64,000 nucleotides of DNA from Pyrinomonadaceae bacterium (GCA_046313635.1 JBKBYA010000004.1:64001-128000), one strand, 5' to 3'; positions 20,324 through 34,232 are shown, counted from the stretch's first letter. Notes: generated by a model from the letters alone, not told the origin. Made by a program: numbers and translations.

Positions 20324-20794
20324 TCAGTCCTCGCGGCCATCGAGCCGCGCTTCGCGGGCGATGCAGCTGCCGGCCGCGAGCAAAAACTTTCTTCGCATCT
20401 CAGGGTCGCTGATCGCGACCGCCGCACGCCTGAGCTCGGGCGTGACCGCCGCCTCGGCCGCCTCGAAGGGGTCCTCGAACGGCGTGCGGAGATTTACGGC
20501 AGAGACCGCGGCCGCGTCCTCGACGAATTCGATAAAGGTGACCGACTCGCCGCTGAGCAGGCGGTTGATCTTAAAGACCAGCTCGCCTGCGAGGTCCTCG
20601 AGGTGTCGCTTCCAGGCCTTGCCGGCGACGGCGACCGTCAGCCTTGAATTTTCGATCGCGACCGGGACGGCGTGCTCGTTGATCCCGTCGCCCGCGGCCC
20701 GGCGCCATGCCGCGAAAACGATCGTCTCGCGGATCTGCTCGTCGTCGCCAAAACGCTCGAGGATCGCCGGCAGGGTCTTGAAAAGCTCGTCCAT
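20324..20794 (-). CDS. DUF721/DciA family protein
   Basis: AWRRAAGDGINEHAVPVAIENSRLTVAV...W...L pattern. Confidence 0.7.
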   Translation of the reverse strand: MDELFKTLPAILERFGDDEQIRETIVFAAWRRAAGDGINEHAVPVAIENSRLTVAVAGKAWKRHLEDLAGELVFKINRLLSGESVTFIEFVEDAAAVSAVNLRTPFEDPFEAAEAAVTPELRRAAVAISDPEMRRKFLLAAGSCIAREARLDGRED

Positions 20795-20844
20795 TGGAGT
20801 TTGCCGCGGCTAACTTTTATCATCTTAAACGACAAGATATTCAA

Positions 20845-21456
20845 ATGCTAAACGAAGCTTCTTCAACGGTTAAACTGCCTCGACTGATACTCGCCTCGGG
20901 CAGCCCGCGTCGGGCCGAGATACTCAATTCGGTCGGCTGGGAGTTTGAGAAGCTCGTGCCCGACGTCGACGAGTCGCTTGTTGACGGCGAGAGTCCCGAG
21001 GATTACGTCCGCCGGCTCGCCGCCCTCAAGGCTGCTGCTGTCGACGCGGCGGACCTCGGCGAATGCTGCGTGCTGGCGGCCGATACGACGGTCGTCATCG
21101 ACGAGCATATTCTCGGCAAGCCGGTCGATCTGGACGATGCGCGGCGTATGCTGCGGATGCTCGCCGGTCGACGGCACGAGGTGCTGACCGGCGTGGCAGT
21201 GCGCTTTCGCGGCGATCTCGAGGTCGGACTGCAGCGCACGGGCGTGAGATTCGCGCCGATGAACGAGGCCGAGATCGAATTTCTCGCGCGCGAGGGCGAC
21301 CCGCTCGACAAGGCCGGGGCTTACGCCGTGCAGGCACAGGCCGCGCTGTTCATCGAGGGCATCGAGGGCGATTACTGGAACGTCGTCGGGCTGCCGATCA
21401 ATCTCGTCTACCAGCTAGTGAAAAAGGCGGAAGCCAAAACGGCCTCCGCCCGATGA
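20845..21456 (+). CDS. maf: Maf family nucleoside triphosphate pyrophosphatase
   Basis: ILASGSPRR, AADTTV, GKP, DKAGAY, NVVGLP. Confidence 0.92.
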   Translation: MLNEASSTVKLPRLILASGSPRRAEILNSVGWEFEKLVPDVDESLVDGESPEDYVRRLAALKAAAVDAADLGECCVLAADTTVVIDEHILGKPVDLDDARRMLRMLAGRRHEVLTGVAVRFRGDLEVGLQRTGVRFAPMNEAEIEFLAREGDPLDKAGAYAVQAQAALFIEGIEGDYWNVVGLPINLVYQLVKKAEAKTASAR

Positions 21457-21492
21457 GTTTTAATTGTGCGGGCGATCACGCCTCGCCGAAAA

Positions 21493-22002
21493 TCACTGCA
21501 GCAGTTTATCGACCGTCCGCGAGATCGTGATGGTGATATCCGTCTTTGGGTCGATGCCGCCGAGGGCCTCGCCGACCTGGCTGCCCGACTTGTCGATTAT
21601 CACAAAGGCCGGGATCTGGTCGAGGTTGTATTTTTTCATCACGACACCGCCGTCCGGATCGCGCAGCACCGTGACGCCGAGCTTGTTTGCGGCCGCAAAC
21701 TTTCGCACGTCGTCATCCGTCGCGAAGTTGCGCGAGCGGGCCGAACTGGAGTCAGTCGAGACAAAGTAGACCACGACGTCCTTGCCCGTATAGCGCCGGG
21801 CGAGCGTGTTGGCAAATTCGGCCTGCTTTGCCGAGAGCGGCAGCCAGCTCGCGCCGATCGCGAGGATCACGACCTTTCCACGCTGGCCATCGAGGTCGAC
21901 GCGCGAGCCGTCGAGCGACGTGAGCGTCGTCTGCGCGGCGGCCGACAAGGCAAGGACGACCGATACGATCGCGGCTGCGGCAAAATGTCTCATGCTTTTC
22001 AT
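21493..22002 (-). CDS. exported TlpA/redoxin-like protein lacking CxxC
   Basis: TLTSLDG, RGKVVIL, ASWLPLS in place of WCxxC, IPAFVIIDKSG. Confidence 0.75.
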   Translation of the reverse strand: MKSMRHFAAAAIVSVVLALSAAAQTTLTSLDGSRVDLDGQRGKVVILAIGASWLPLSAKQAEFANTLARRYTGKDVVVYFVSTDSSSARSRNFATDDDVRKFAAANKLGVTVLRDPDGGVVMKKYNLDQIPAFVIIDKSGSQVGEALGGIDPKTDITITISRTVDKLLQ

Positions 22003-22065
22003 ATTATCGCGACGGGCGGCCTTGACCTGTCCCCGTCGACAATTTAGATGCAGGTTTGGTGCCGG

Positions 22066-22920
22066 CTACTGCCCTCGATTAAGCACGACGTTGTCGATCA
22101 GGCGCACTTCGCCGACGAAGGCGGCGACGGCGATGAGCGTCTCTTTTTCGCCGATCTTTTGAACGGGCCGGAGTGTTTCGGCGTCGACGATCGCGATGTA
22201 GTCGATGCGGACGATCTCGTCCTCGGCGAGTACCTGGCGGATCAACTCGGTCAGCGTCGCCGCATTGCGCTCGCCTCGTTTGAATGATGTCTTTGCCTCT
22301 CGCAGCGCACGGTATATCACCGCGGCCCGACGCCTCTCGTCCTCACTGAGCAGAGCGTTGCGCGACGACATCGCGAGGCCCGACTCTTCGCGGACGGTCG
22401 GCACGACGACGATCTCCATCTCAAACCCGAGATCGCGTGTCAGACGCTTGACGACGGCCACCTGCTGGGCGTCCTTTTGGCCAAAAAAGGCGAGCTCGGG
22501 CCGCACCGTATTGAAGAATATTGTGACGACCGTCGCGACGCCGCGAAAGTGCCCGGGACGCGATGCTCCCTCGAGCGTCTCGGTTATGCCCTCGACATCG
22601 ACATAGGTCGCAAAGCCCTCGGGATAGATCTCGCTCTCGTCCGGCGCAAACAAATAGTCGACGCCGATATCGGCGAGCATCGCCGCGTCCGCGGTCAGGT
22701 CGCGCGGGTACTTTTCAAGATCTTTCTTGTCGTTGAACTGCGCCGGATTGACGAATATCGAGACGACGACCGCGTCACACCGCGTGCGAGCTTCGCGCAC
22801 GAGCGCGAGATGGCCCTCGTGCAGGGCTCCCATCGTCGGCACAAATCCGACAGTCTTGTTATCGCGGCGCAGCTTGCGGGCGATCGAGAACATTCGCTGT
22901 CGGCGGTTGATGATCTCCAT
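22066..22920 (-). CDS. panC: pantoate--beta-alanine ligase
   Basis: PTMGALHEGH, SIFVNP, RPGHFRGV, GQKD, AMSSRN. Confidence 0.95.
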   Translation of the reverse strand: MEIINRRQRMFSIARKLRRDNKTVGFVPTMGALHEGHLALVREARTRCDAVVVSIFVNPAQFNDKKDLEKYPRDLTADAAMLADIGVDYLFAPDESEIYPEGFATYVDVEGITETLEGASRPGHFRGVATVVTIFFNTVRPELAFFGQKDAQQVAVVKRLTRDLGFEMEIVVVPTVREESGLAMSSRNALLSEDERRRAAVIYRALREAKTSFKRGERNAATLTELIRQVLAEDEIVRIDYIAIVDAETLRPVQKIGEKETLIAVAAFVGEVRLIDNVVLNRGQ

Positions 22921-22940
22921 TGAAGCGTTGCGGCGACGGA

Positions 22941-23804
22941 TTATTCGGCGCTTTTGAGCTCGGCGACGGTCTCCTTTGTCAGACCGTACGACTCCGCCTC
23001 GCTTGGGTACGCCCCCGATTTGACGTCGGCCGACCAGCGCTGGACGGCGTCGGTGATCGTCTCGCGAAGGTTTGCGTACTGCCTGACAAAGCGGGGCAGG
23101 CGGCCGAAAGATAGCCCGACCATATCGTGAAAGACGAGCACCTGAATGTCGCAGTCAGGCCCGGCCCCGATGCCGATCGTCGAGATCTGAAGTTCGTTGG
23201 TGATGATCGCCGCGACCTCCCGCGGGACGAGTTCGAGGACGATCGCAAAGGCACCGGCCTCTTCAAGAAGTTTCGCGTCCTCGATCAGGCGTTTGGCCTG
23301 CTCGGCCGAGCGGCCCTGCACGCGGTAGCCGCCGAGCTTATAGACCGACTGCGGCGTCAGGCCGATATGCGCGACGACAGGGATCTCCTCGTCGACGAGG
23401 CGTCGCACGAGGTCGACGCGGTTGCGGCCGCCCTCGATCTTGACGGCCTCGGCTCCGCCGTACTTCATCAGCCGGAGCGCATTCTGCACGCTCGTGTCGG
23501 CGTTGACGTGATAGCTGCCGTACGGCATATCGGCGACGACCATCGCCCGCTCTGTGCCGCGCTTGACGGCGATGCAGGCCGACGTGATCTCGTCGAGCGA
23601 GACCGGAATGGTGTTTCCGTACCCGTGAATGACGTTGCCGATGCTGTCGCCGACAAGGATGATGTCGACGCCGGCCTCGTCGATGATGCGGGCTGTCGGG
23701 TAATCGTAGGCGGTCAGGCAGACGAGCTTTTCGCCTCGTTCCTTTGCGGCCCGGATCGCAGGCAGATAGACCTTTTCCGGACGGTCAGGTTGCAGGTAAG
23801 CCAT
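22941..23804 (-). CDS. panB: 3-methyl-2-oxobutanoate hydroxymethyltransferase
   Basis: LTAYD, LVGDS, VKIEGG, HIGLTPQ, GIGAG; ATG 23804. Confidence 0.95.
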   Translation of the reverse strand: MAYLQPDRPEKVYLPAIRAAKERGEKLVCLTAYDYPTARIIDEAGVDIILVGDSIGNVIHGYGNTIPVSLDEITSACIAVKRGTERAMVVADMPYGSYHVNADTSVQNALRLMKYGGAEAVKIEGGRNRVDLVRRLVDEEIPVVAHIGLTPQSVYKLGGYRVQGRSAEQAKRLIEDAKLLEEAGAFAIVLELVPREVAAIITNELQISTIGIGAGPDCDIQVLVFHDMVGLSFGRLPRFVRQYANLRETITDAVQRWSADVKSGAYPSEAESYGLTKETVAELKSAE

Positions 23805-23842
23805 AGATGCCGTTAAGTCTAGCCCCTCGGGCGGGGCCAAGT

Positions 23843-24385
23843 CTAGCCGATCAGCGCCGGCGAAACGTCGTGCCGAGCGCCCGGGTTCCAGCGCGACACC
23901 TGGCCCGTATCTCCGCACTCGCCGAGCAGCTGCTGGATATCTTTTTTGAAGACGGGATGGACAAAGCTCGGGGCGATCTCGGCCATCGGCACGAGGACAA
24001 ACCGTCGAAGGTGCAGACGCGGGTGCGGCACCGTCACAAACGGCGTCTCGATCACCTGCCGTCCAAAAAACAGAATGTCGAGGTCGATGGTTCGCGGCTT
24101 CTTGAGCGACTTGTCGCGGCGGCCGAGCACGTACTCGATCCGCAGGAGCCGGGCCATCATCTGCGACGGCTTGAGGTCTGAGCGGACGCGGACCTCCGCC
24201 GCCATATTCAGAAAGCAGGCCGCGTCACCGCCGAGCCCGATCGGTTCGGTCTCGTAGATCGCAGAGAGTTTGGTCACATCAAAGCTCGCCTCGAGCAGGC
24301 CTCGCACGGCCAGCAGCAGATGGCCCGCCCGATCGCCGAGATTAGAGCCGAGTCCGATGTATGCGGTGATGTGGTCGCCGAACAC
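23843..24385 (-). CDS. folK: 6-hydroxymethyl-7,8-dihydropterin pyrophosphokinase
   Basis: YIGLGSNLG, YETEP, PRTIDLDIL, PHPRLHLRRFVLVP. Confidence 0.93.
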   Translation of the reverse strand: MFGDHITAYIGLGSNLGDRAGHLLLAVRGLLEASFDVTKLSAIYETEPIGLGGDAACFLNMAAEVRVRSDLKPSQMMARLLRIEYVLGRRDKSLKKPRTIDLDILFFGRQVIETPFVTVPHPRLHLRRFVLVPMAEIAPSFVHPVFKKDIQQLLGECGDTGQVSRWNPGARHDVSPALIG

Positions 24386-24589
24386 TTTAAGCTTCCTAAC
24401 AATTAATCGACACCCCGTGGTTTGTCAATAAATCACGCCCGCGAGACGGCATTTACATTTGCGGGCCGCGATGCTTCAATAAAGCCAGCAGCAGTTATTT
24501 GGAAACCAGAAGCCGGCCGCTTCTTATCTCGGCCGACTCGGGCGGGCAAGCCGCGTGGCCGTCTCTACAAAATTTCACGCCGCACACCG

Positions 24590-25894
24590 ATGGCACGAAA
24601 AAAATTTCGCCGCAGCCCTCGTTTTGACACTCCCGAAGATCGTTCCTTCCAGGAATATCTCTCGAATCAGCCCGCGCAGATGACGACGCGGTCCGAGCTG
24701 CTGCGGCTCATCCGCGGCGGCGAAGACACGTTCCTCGAGCTCAAAGTAAAGCTCTCAAATTCAGAGCGCATCGCCCAGGGCATCGTCGCCCATGCCAATA
24801 CTGCGGGCGGGATGATCATCTTCGGCGTCAACGACCAGCTCCGCATCGAGGGCGTCAGCAATCCCGAATGGGTACAGGAAGAGCTAGTCCGCATCTGCCG
24901 CGAAGAGATCGTGCCGCCGCTGATCCCGATACTCGACGTCGTCGCCTTCGACAGCGGCAAGCGCATAGTCGCGCTCGAGATCGAAGGGAAACGCAAGCCT
25001 TACCGAACGCGCGAGGGCCGCTTTTACATCCGCTTCGGCGCCGAGAAAAGAGAGGTCGCACGCGAGGAACTGTCAGCCTGGCTCGACGAGCTGCGGCCGC
25101 TGACATTCGAAAATATTCCGCTGCACGACGTATCAGAGGACGACTTTGACGACGGCCTGCTGTGGAGCTTTGCGAACGCCTTCGAGGACAACACGCTGAA
25201 TACGTACCTGTACCAAACGAGCGACTTTCTGCGAAAGGACCTGCTACTCGCGGTCGGCAACGCGGACGAGTTTTTTCCGACCGTTGCGGGCGTACTGCTG
25301 TTTGGAAAGAACGAACGCGTTCCCGAGATCATTCCGCGTTCAAAGGTGACGGTCAATCGCTACTCCGGCGATAACGGCTCGGCGCAGCTCGTCGAGCGTG
25401 TCGAGATCAACGGCAATATGCTCACGCAATACGAGTCGATCCTCGCCTTTATCGATCGCTACGTCGATCTGTATAAGACGCGGCCCAAAAAGACGCTGCG
25501 CCTCGTCGGCGGCACCGAAGGCGAGCCGGTCAGGGCGCGTGCTAGATACCATCACTACTCGATCTGCGAGGCCGTGATCAACGCGCTCATCCATCGCGAC
25601 TTTGCGCTCCGCGAGATCCCGACGCGAATCTCGATCTACGACAATTCGATCGAGTTCATTAACCCGCGGCGCACGAGCGGATTTTCGCCGCCGGCGTCGC
25701 GCGCGATCCGCTACGGCATCACGCAGCGATTGAATCCGCAGATCGCCGCGATCTTCACACGTCGCGAATACGGCGTCACGGCCCCGCACGGCGGCCTGCC
25801 GATGATCCTGCGGCAGTCGCACAATTTCTCGGGCAAACGTCCCGAGATCTATATCACTAACGATGAGTTCAAGCTGAAGATATACGGGAGCTGA
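24590..25894 (+). CDS. AlbA_2 (Schlafen-like) plus HATPase_c_4 domain protein
   Basis: GEDTFLELK, AHANTAGGMIIFGVND, EAVINALIHRD, LNPQIA; ATG 24590. Confidence 0.8.
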   Translation: MARKKFRRSPRFDTPEDRSFQEYLSNQPAQMTTRSELLRLIRGGEDTFLELKVKLSNSERIAQGIVAHANTAGGMIIFGVNDQLRIEGVSNPEWVQEELVRICREEIVPPLIPILDVVAFDSGKRIVALEIEGKRKPYRTREGRFYIRFGAEKREVAREELSAWLDELRPLTFENIPLHDVSEDDFDDGLLWSFANAFEDNTLNTYLYQTSDFLRKDLLLAVGNADEFFPTVAGVLLFGKNERVPEIIPRSKVTVNRYSGDNGSAQLVERVEINGNMLTQYESILAFIDRYVDLYKTRPKKTLRLVGGTEGEPVRARARYHHYSICEAVINALIHRDFALREIPTRISIYDNSIEFINPRRTSGFSPPASRAIRYGITQRLNPQIAAIFTRREYGVTAPHGGLPMILRQSHNFSGKRPEIYITNDEFKLKIYGS

Positions 25895-25921
25895 AATGTG
25901 TCACCAGCCCGCACGGTGACC

Positions 25922-26027
25922 GTAGCCCGCACGTCAGCAAGGGCTCAACGTCAATACGGTCCCACGCGGTCGACATATACGACGCCGCCGACTCTCCGGC
26001 ACGAGCCCTCACTAACGTGCGGGCTAC
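25922..26027. repeat. GTAG-type REP inverted pair (REPIN-like)
   Basis: GTAGCCCGCACGTCAGCAAGGGCTC (25922-25946) and inverted GAGCCCTCACTAACGTGCGGGCTAC (26003-26027), 22/25 match. Confidence 0.75.
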
Positions 26028-26065
26028 AGACGGCGGGCTGCCGACAACAGGATTTATTTCGACCA

Positions 26066-26371
26066 ATGCCGATCTTACGAAAACGTGAAATAGAGAATCT
26101 GCAGCAGCTCAGCGGCGAGGAGCTCGAGGCGTTCCTCGACCGCCTGCCGGCCGGGCACGAGACGATCAGCCGGATGCTCGACTACATCGAGGACGAACTT
26201 TACGACTCGGAATGCAGCGACACGCTGCACCACGCGATGAAGTTCATGATGGACAACCGCCTCGACTTCCCAAAACTCACAAGCTGGCTCAACAACAATT
26301 GCGGCTACTGCGACTGCAAGGTCATGGCCGAGATCGCCCCGCAATGGCGGGCGAAGTTTGGCGACGATTAG
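26066..26371 (+). CDS. DUF2695-like small protein
   Basis: CSDTL...WLNNNCGYCDCKV motif; ATG 26066. Confidence 0.7.
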   Translation: MPILRKREIENLQQLSGEELEAFLDRLPAGHETISRMLDYIEDELYDSECSDTLHHAMKFMMDNRLDFPKLTSWLNNNCGYCDCKVMAEIAPQWRAKFGDD

Positions 26372-26502
26372 CGCGGCCGATCGGTCGTTTTTAACTGCAC
26401 TCCGCAGTCGACGCCGAGAATCATAGGCTTCACCGGAGGCTATAAAGTTTATGGACTCATCATTCAGGCGATTCGGACAGAATAGGGCAAACGAAGGGGA
26501 AT

Positions 26503-27055
26503 ATGTTTAAATCCAAGTCCGCCGTGTTCGGAGCGATAATGTTGTTCATTATCCTCACGGGATTGATTCTGACATTAACCCGTGTGCGTGAAGAAACCAG
26601 CTCCGCGTTGAGCGACTATATTTCAATTATTGTTAACCTGGCTGCTATCGCTAGTGTGTTTGGGTTGGTCGGTTTGGTGCTCAGACGCTCAAAAGGCAGG
26701 CGCCTAAGAACTGAGATCGCGGATTGGAAGAATGTACGCGACCGTGGCACATGGTCGTTTCTGAAGGAGCTGGGGCTTCTCAATACGATCCTGACTGTCA
26801 TCCTGCTTGTACCAATATTTTTTGTGCTGGGTGGGTCGACGGTTCTGACTGCGATTCTTTGGACCTTACTTTTTATTGATTGTTTTGGCCGGAGGGCAGA
26901 TGGCGATCGGTTTATCGTTATGGGGCTTTAAGGAGCGAGAATACGAACGATATCTGCAACAGGGCGCGCGTTCAAACGAATTAGAAAACCACATCTTGGA
27001 CAGCAGAGCACCGATCAGGCAGGACGATAATCGGCGGCAAAAGTTACAAAACTAA
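26503..27055 (+). pseudogene. lower-GC membrane protein, apparently frameshifted at T5 (26870-26874)
   Basis: Frame stops at 26931, but removing one T continues as LIVLAGGQMAIGLSLWGFKEREY... to TAA 27055. Confidence 0.55.
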
Positions 27056-27099
27056 TCCGATCACTCACGGGATCGCCCAACGCGTCGGACCCGACCCCT

Positions 27100-29943
<2,844 letters not shown>

Positions 29944-30031
29944 AGTGAGAAATCTCGCCGTATGGACAAATGTAAATTCTAACAAACGGCGGCAGGCGGA
30001 TAAAACGGCGGGAAATATGCCGTACGAGGGT

Positions 30032-30385
30032 TTACCAGCGGCGGTCGTATGCGGAGAGATTGTCGCGCCAGCCGTCAGCAGAATCGGTAATGAGGAACGG
30101 GATCGGACCGTCGAGACCGACGCCCGCGTCGACGGTGCGCCGCAGTCGGTATGTGTGGCCCGAGGGCGAGCAGATCGAGAGCACGACGGTCTCGTTGACG
30201 ATGCGCGAGACGCACGCCGCTCGCCAATCCTTCTTTGATCGGACGAGCAGGCGGGCGCCTATCGGCAATTGGCCGAGTTCGAGGCCAGTCAGTCTATTTT
30301 CGGCAGTTTCCAGGTCTTCCGGTATGCCTTGTACTCCGGCTCGGGCAACTGTATGAGGTGCGGATTCTTTTTTGGATCGAGCCAT
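30032..30385 (-). CDS. hypothetical protein (start uncertain)
   Basis: Protein-like ORF (LLVRSKKDWR...YDRRW); ATG 30385 overlaps the upstream gene by 97 nt. Confidence 0.5.
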   Translation of the reverse strand: MARSKKESAPHTVARAGVQGIPEDLETAENRLTGLELGQLPIGARLLVRSKKDWRAACVSRIVNETVVLSICSPSGHTYRLRRTVDAGVGLDGPIPFLITDSADGWRDNLSAYDRRW

Positions 30386-31086
30386 TTTACGAGTCTTTCG
30401 AGATCCTCCCGCGACATCGCCGTGCAGCCGGCGGTTCCGGTCTCGGCGTCCTTCCAAATGTGCAGAAAGATGCACGAGCCTCGGCCGCTCACAGGTGCGG
30501 GATACGAATTATATGCGACAAAGACACCGAGGTCATACTGCTCCCCGACCTCGAGCATCTTCTCCGAGCTTTGCCAGTCAAAAATGCCGACCTTCAAACG
30601 GTCGACGACGCGGTTGTAATGCGTTGAATCGACGTCGTCGACGCACTCGGTGAATTCGCCGAGCGGCTTGTATTCGAGCCGTTCGTTTAGCGACTTAGCG
30701 GCACGGCCAAAAGCGAATGTGAGCGGGAAAATGCCGGCGGGCGAGCGGCCGTCGCCTTCGCGTTTGGGCGTGAAATGATTTTCGGGATCTGAGCGGCCGT
30801 TGCCGTACGGTTTAGGATCGTGGCTCCACGCGAGCCCGCTGCGGCCGACGACGACAGGGAAAGCCTCGCCGACCTCTTTCCACCGCGATCGCGCATTCGC
30901 TCGCTCAAAAAGGCGGGCCGTGCCCCGAATCGAATCCCAATCGGGCGTCGTGACGACGACGGCCTGCAGCGAGCGCTCAAAGTCTGGGCGGCGGTCGGGA
31001 GGCGTCGGCCGCTTGGTCTGCGCCGTGGCCGCGCTCGCGGCAGCCCAGATCAGCAAAACGGCAGCAAGACGGGCCGCGACATTCAT
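30289..31086 (-). CDS. L,D-transpeptidase (YkuD-like) family protein
   Basis: KREGDGRSPAG, IFLHIW...TAGC; signal peptide; ATGA overlap with the upstream gene. Confidence 0.85.
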   Translation of the reverse strand: MNVAARLAAVLLIWAAASAATAQTKRPTPPDRRPDFERSLQAVVVTTPDWDSIRGTARLFERANARSRWKEVGEAFPVVVGRSGLAWSHDPKPYGNGRSDPENHFTPKREGDGRSPAGIFPLTFAFGRAAKSLNERLEYKPLGEFTECVDDVDSTHYNRVVDRLKVGIFDWQSSEKMLEVGEQYDLGVFVAYNSYPAPVSGRGSCIFLHIWKDAETGTAGCTAMSREDLERLVKWLDPKKNPHLIQLPEPEYKAYRKTWKLPKID

Positions 31087-31871
31087 TTGTCTTCGAAGAG
31101 CGAGTCGGCCGATCTGCTGCGGCTCACGGCGTACATCCTGAGGCCGAGCGAGATCATCACGAGCGAGATGCCGATCCAGATGACGACCCACATAAAGCCC
31201 GGGATGCCGGTCGCGGCGTACATGTTCGCGGCGTCGGTGTGAATGTCGGAGCCGATCAGCGGAGCGCTCATAAAAAAGACGTTCTTGAGATCGGCAAGCG
31301 AATTGAGCAGGCACTGCACGGCGAGGAATGCAACGGCGAAGTTCGCGACCTTCAGGTTTGCAAAGACGCCGAGCGAAACGAGCGCAGCCGTCAGCGCGAT
31401 GCCGGCGATGATCGTGAAGACGATATTCCCGATCGAAGCCTGTAGCGAAAAGAAATTAAAGACCGGGCTGATCACCGCAAACACCGCCGTCATCACCCCG
31501 ACAGATCCGCCGAGCACGACGAGCAGCTTGTTCGGCGAAAAATTCCGGCGGATCAAAAAGAGCAGCAGCACGCCGAAAACCGTCGTGCCAAGATAACCGG
31601 CACTCGACGTCAGAAGCGCGCCGAACATTCCGCCCGGCACCGAATACACGACGCCGCTCGCATCGGCGGCGATCGTCAGACTTTGCACCGAACCGCCGGT
31701 CAGCACGGCGACGATCGCGTGGCTGCTCTCGTGAACGAACGTCACAAACAGCCGGATCGGGTAAACGAGATATTCGGCGTACGGGATGAACCAAAGCGCG
31801 ATCGTCAAAGCGGTCGCGGCGAGCAGGAGTTTGATCTGCGGTCTCGCGTCGGGTGCCAGCGTGTATCTCAT
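31083..31871 (-). CDS. M50B-like membrane metallopeptidase
   Basis: TFVHESSH, SAGYLG, HTDA; GAGGAG RBS. Confidence 0.85.
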   Translation of the reverse strand: MRYTLAPDARPQIKLLLAATALTIALWFIPYAEYLVYPIRLFVTFVHESSHAIVAVLTGGSVQSLTIAADASGVVYSVPGGMFGALLTSSAGYLGTTVFGVLLLFLIRRNFSPNKLLVVLGGSVGVMTAVFAVISPVFNFFSLQASIGNIVFTIIAGIALTAALVSLGVFANLKVANFAVAFLAVQCLLNSLADLKNVFFMSAPLIGSDIHTDAANMYAATGIPGFMWVVIWIGISLVMISLGLRMYAVSRSRSADSLFEDK

Positions 31872-31940
31872 AATTCGAAAACTCCTCGAGACGGTCTGCT
31901 GCTGAATACGTTTGATTCTACACCAATGTTCGACCCCCAC

Positions 31941-32544
31941 GTCAGAACCGCCCCGCGTAAGCGGGCGGGCTCTTAAGCCGTGATAAGGAACTGCCCGCGA
32001 AATGCGCAAAGTCGCGCGAAAGGTCAGAACCGCCCCGCGTAAGCGGGCGGGCTCTTAGGCCGTGATGAGGAACTGCCCGCGAAATGCGCAAAGACGCGCG
32101 AAAGGTACGAAGAATTTTACCGCGGATGTCGCAGATAACGCGGATAGAGAGACTGCTTTTGATTCGTACTGATCCGCGATGTTCGCGTGATCCGCGGCTA
32201 ACGGTCTTTTTTCGCGTGATTTCGCGCGTATTCGCCGACAGTGTTTGTCCGCGGCGTTTGAAGAGCCCGCCCGCTGACGCGGGTGGTTCTGACTTGAGCA
32301 TTTCGAGGACGGTGCGGGGGGCGAAGATCAGAAAGATAGTTTTGGCCGCGGATGTACGCGGATAGTGCGGATCGACAATGCCTCGGAGATATCGATCATC
32401 TTCAGATCCGCATCATCTGCGTGATCCGCGGTAAAGTCCACTTCTTTGTTTCGCGTCTTTTGGCGTGTTTTGCGGGCGATTCATGACGGCGTTTGAAGAG
32501 CCCGCCCGCTGACGCGGGTGGTTCTGACTTTCCAGCCCGCCCGC

Positions 32545-32563
<19 letters not shown>
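31941..32563. repeat. REP-like cluster: five GTCAGAACCRCCC(C)GC..AGCGGGCGGGCT units with nested short inverted repeats
   Basis: Forward copies at 31941 and 32023 (82-bp tandem duplication, 3 mismatches); reverse copies end at 32293, 32528 and 32563. Confidence 0.85.
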
Positions 32564-33033
<470 letters not shown>

Positions 33034-33038
33034 ACTCG

Positions 33039-34232
33039 TCACAAAAATAACACTTCCGCGACCTCGCCCGCCTCGTAACTTTTGCCTTTCGGCACGATCA
33101 CGAGCGCGTCGCATCGCGAAAATCCGATAAAGTCCGACGACCCGTGCCACGCGAGCGGAATCGCGAGCAGGCGGCCGTCGCTTGACGTCGCGAGCGACGC
33201 GGGCAGGTAGGTGTCGCGCGGCTTCGTACCCTTTGCCGGCCCGTCGAGCGTCGCAAAGCCCGACGCGAGATCGGTCTCGGACGCTTTCTGCATCAAGCGG
33301 ATCGCCTTGCGAACAAACAGCGAAAATGTGACCGCGACCGAAACGGGATTGCCGGGCAGGCCGAAGAAAAGCGTTCTTTTTCGACGCGCAAAGACGGTCG
33401 GTTTGCCCGGCTTGAGCTCGACCTTGTCAAAGAGCATCTCGGCGCCGAGCTCGGCCAGCGCGGGCTTTGTCAGATCGTACTTGCCGACCGAGACGCCGCC
33501 GGTGAGGATGACGATGTCGGATGTCTTCGCGGCCGCGGCGATCTGGTGTTTAAGACCTTCGAGATCGTCCTTGGCGAGCGGGAAGATCGCGGCGTCGATA
33601 CCGAGGTCGGCGAGCATCGCGCGGAGCATCGGCGAATTCGAGTTCCTTATCTGGTCGCGCCGCGGCCGCCTGTCGACCTCGACGAGCTCGCTGCCCGTGG
33701 CGATCACGGCGACACGCGGGAGCTTTGCGACCTTTACCTTTGAATACCCAAAGGCGGCGAGCGTTGCGATCATGTTGGTCGTCACGAGCGTGCCCGCGGC
33801 CAGGACGACATCGCCCTTCTTGACCTCTTTGCCTTGCGGGACGATGTAGCGGCCCTTCTCGGTCGGCTCGAGTATCTCGACCTTGCCTTCCGCCTCGCGC
33901 GTCCGCTCGATCATCTGCACTGCATCCGCGCCGTCGGGAACGGGAGCTCCCGTCATGATGCGGACGGCCTCGCCTCTATTGAGTCGCTTATGCCAGCCGC
34001 GGCCGGCGGCCGATTCGCCGGCGATCGTGAGCGTGACCGGAGTTCGCCGCGTATCGGCCGCACGGACGGCGTAACCGTCCATTTGCGAGCGGTCAAACGG
34101 CGGCAGGTCCGAATCCGCCAAAACGTCCTCGGCGAGAATGCGGCCGACCGCACGGTCGAGAGCGACCTTTTCGCCGCCAAGCGCCGGCGTCGATCGCGTG
34201 ACGATCTTAAATGCCTCGGCGATCGGGATCAT
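33039..34232 (-). CDS. moeA: molybdopterin molybdotransferase
   Basis: [42 protein letters not shown]. Confidence 0.93.
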   Translation of the reverse strand: MIPIAEAFKIVTRSTPALGGEKVALDRAVGRILAEDVLADSDLPPFDRSQMDGYAVRAADTRRTPVTLTIAGESAAGRGWHKRLNRGEAVRIMTGAPVPDGADAVQMIERTREAEGKVEILEPTEKGRYIVPQGKEVKKGDVVLAAGTLVTTNMIATLAAFGYSKVKVAKLPRVAVIATGSELVEVDRRPRRDQIRNSNSPMLRAMLADLGIDAAIFPLAKDDLEGLKHQIAAAAKTSDIVILTGGVSVGKYDLTKPALAELGAEMLFDKVELKPGKPTVFARRKRTLFFGLPGNPVSVAVTFSLFVRKAIRLMQKASETDLASGFATLDGPAKGTKPRDTYLPASLATSSDGRLLAIPLAWHGSSDFIGFSRCDALVIVPKGKSYEAGEVAEVLFL

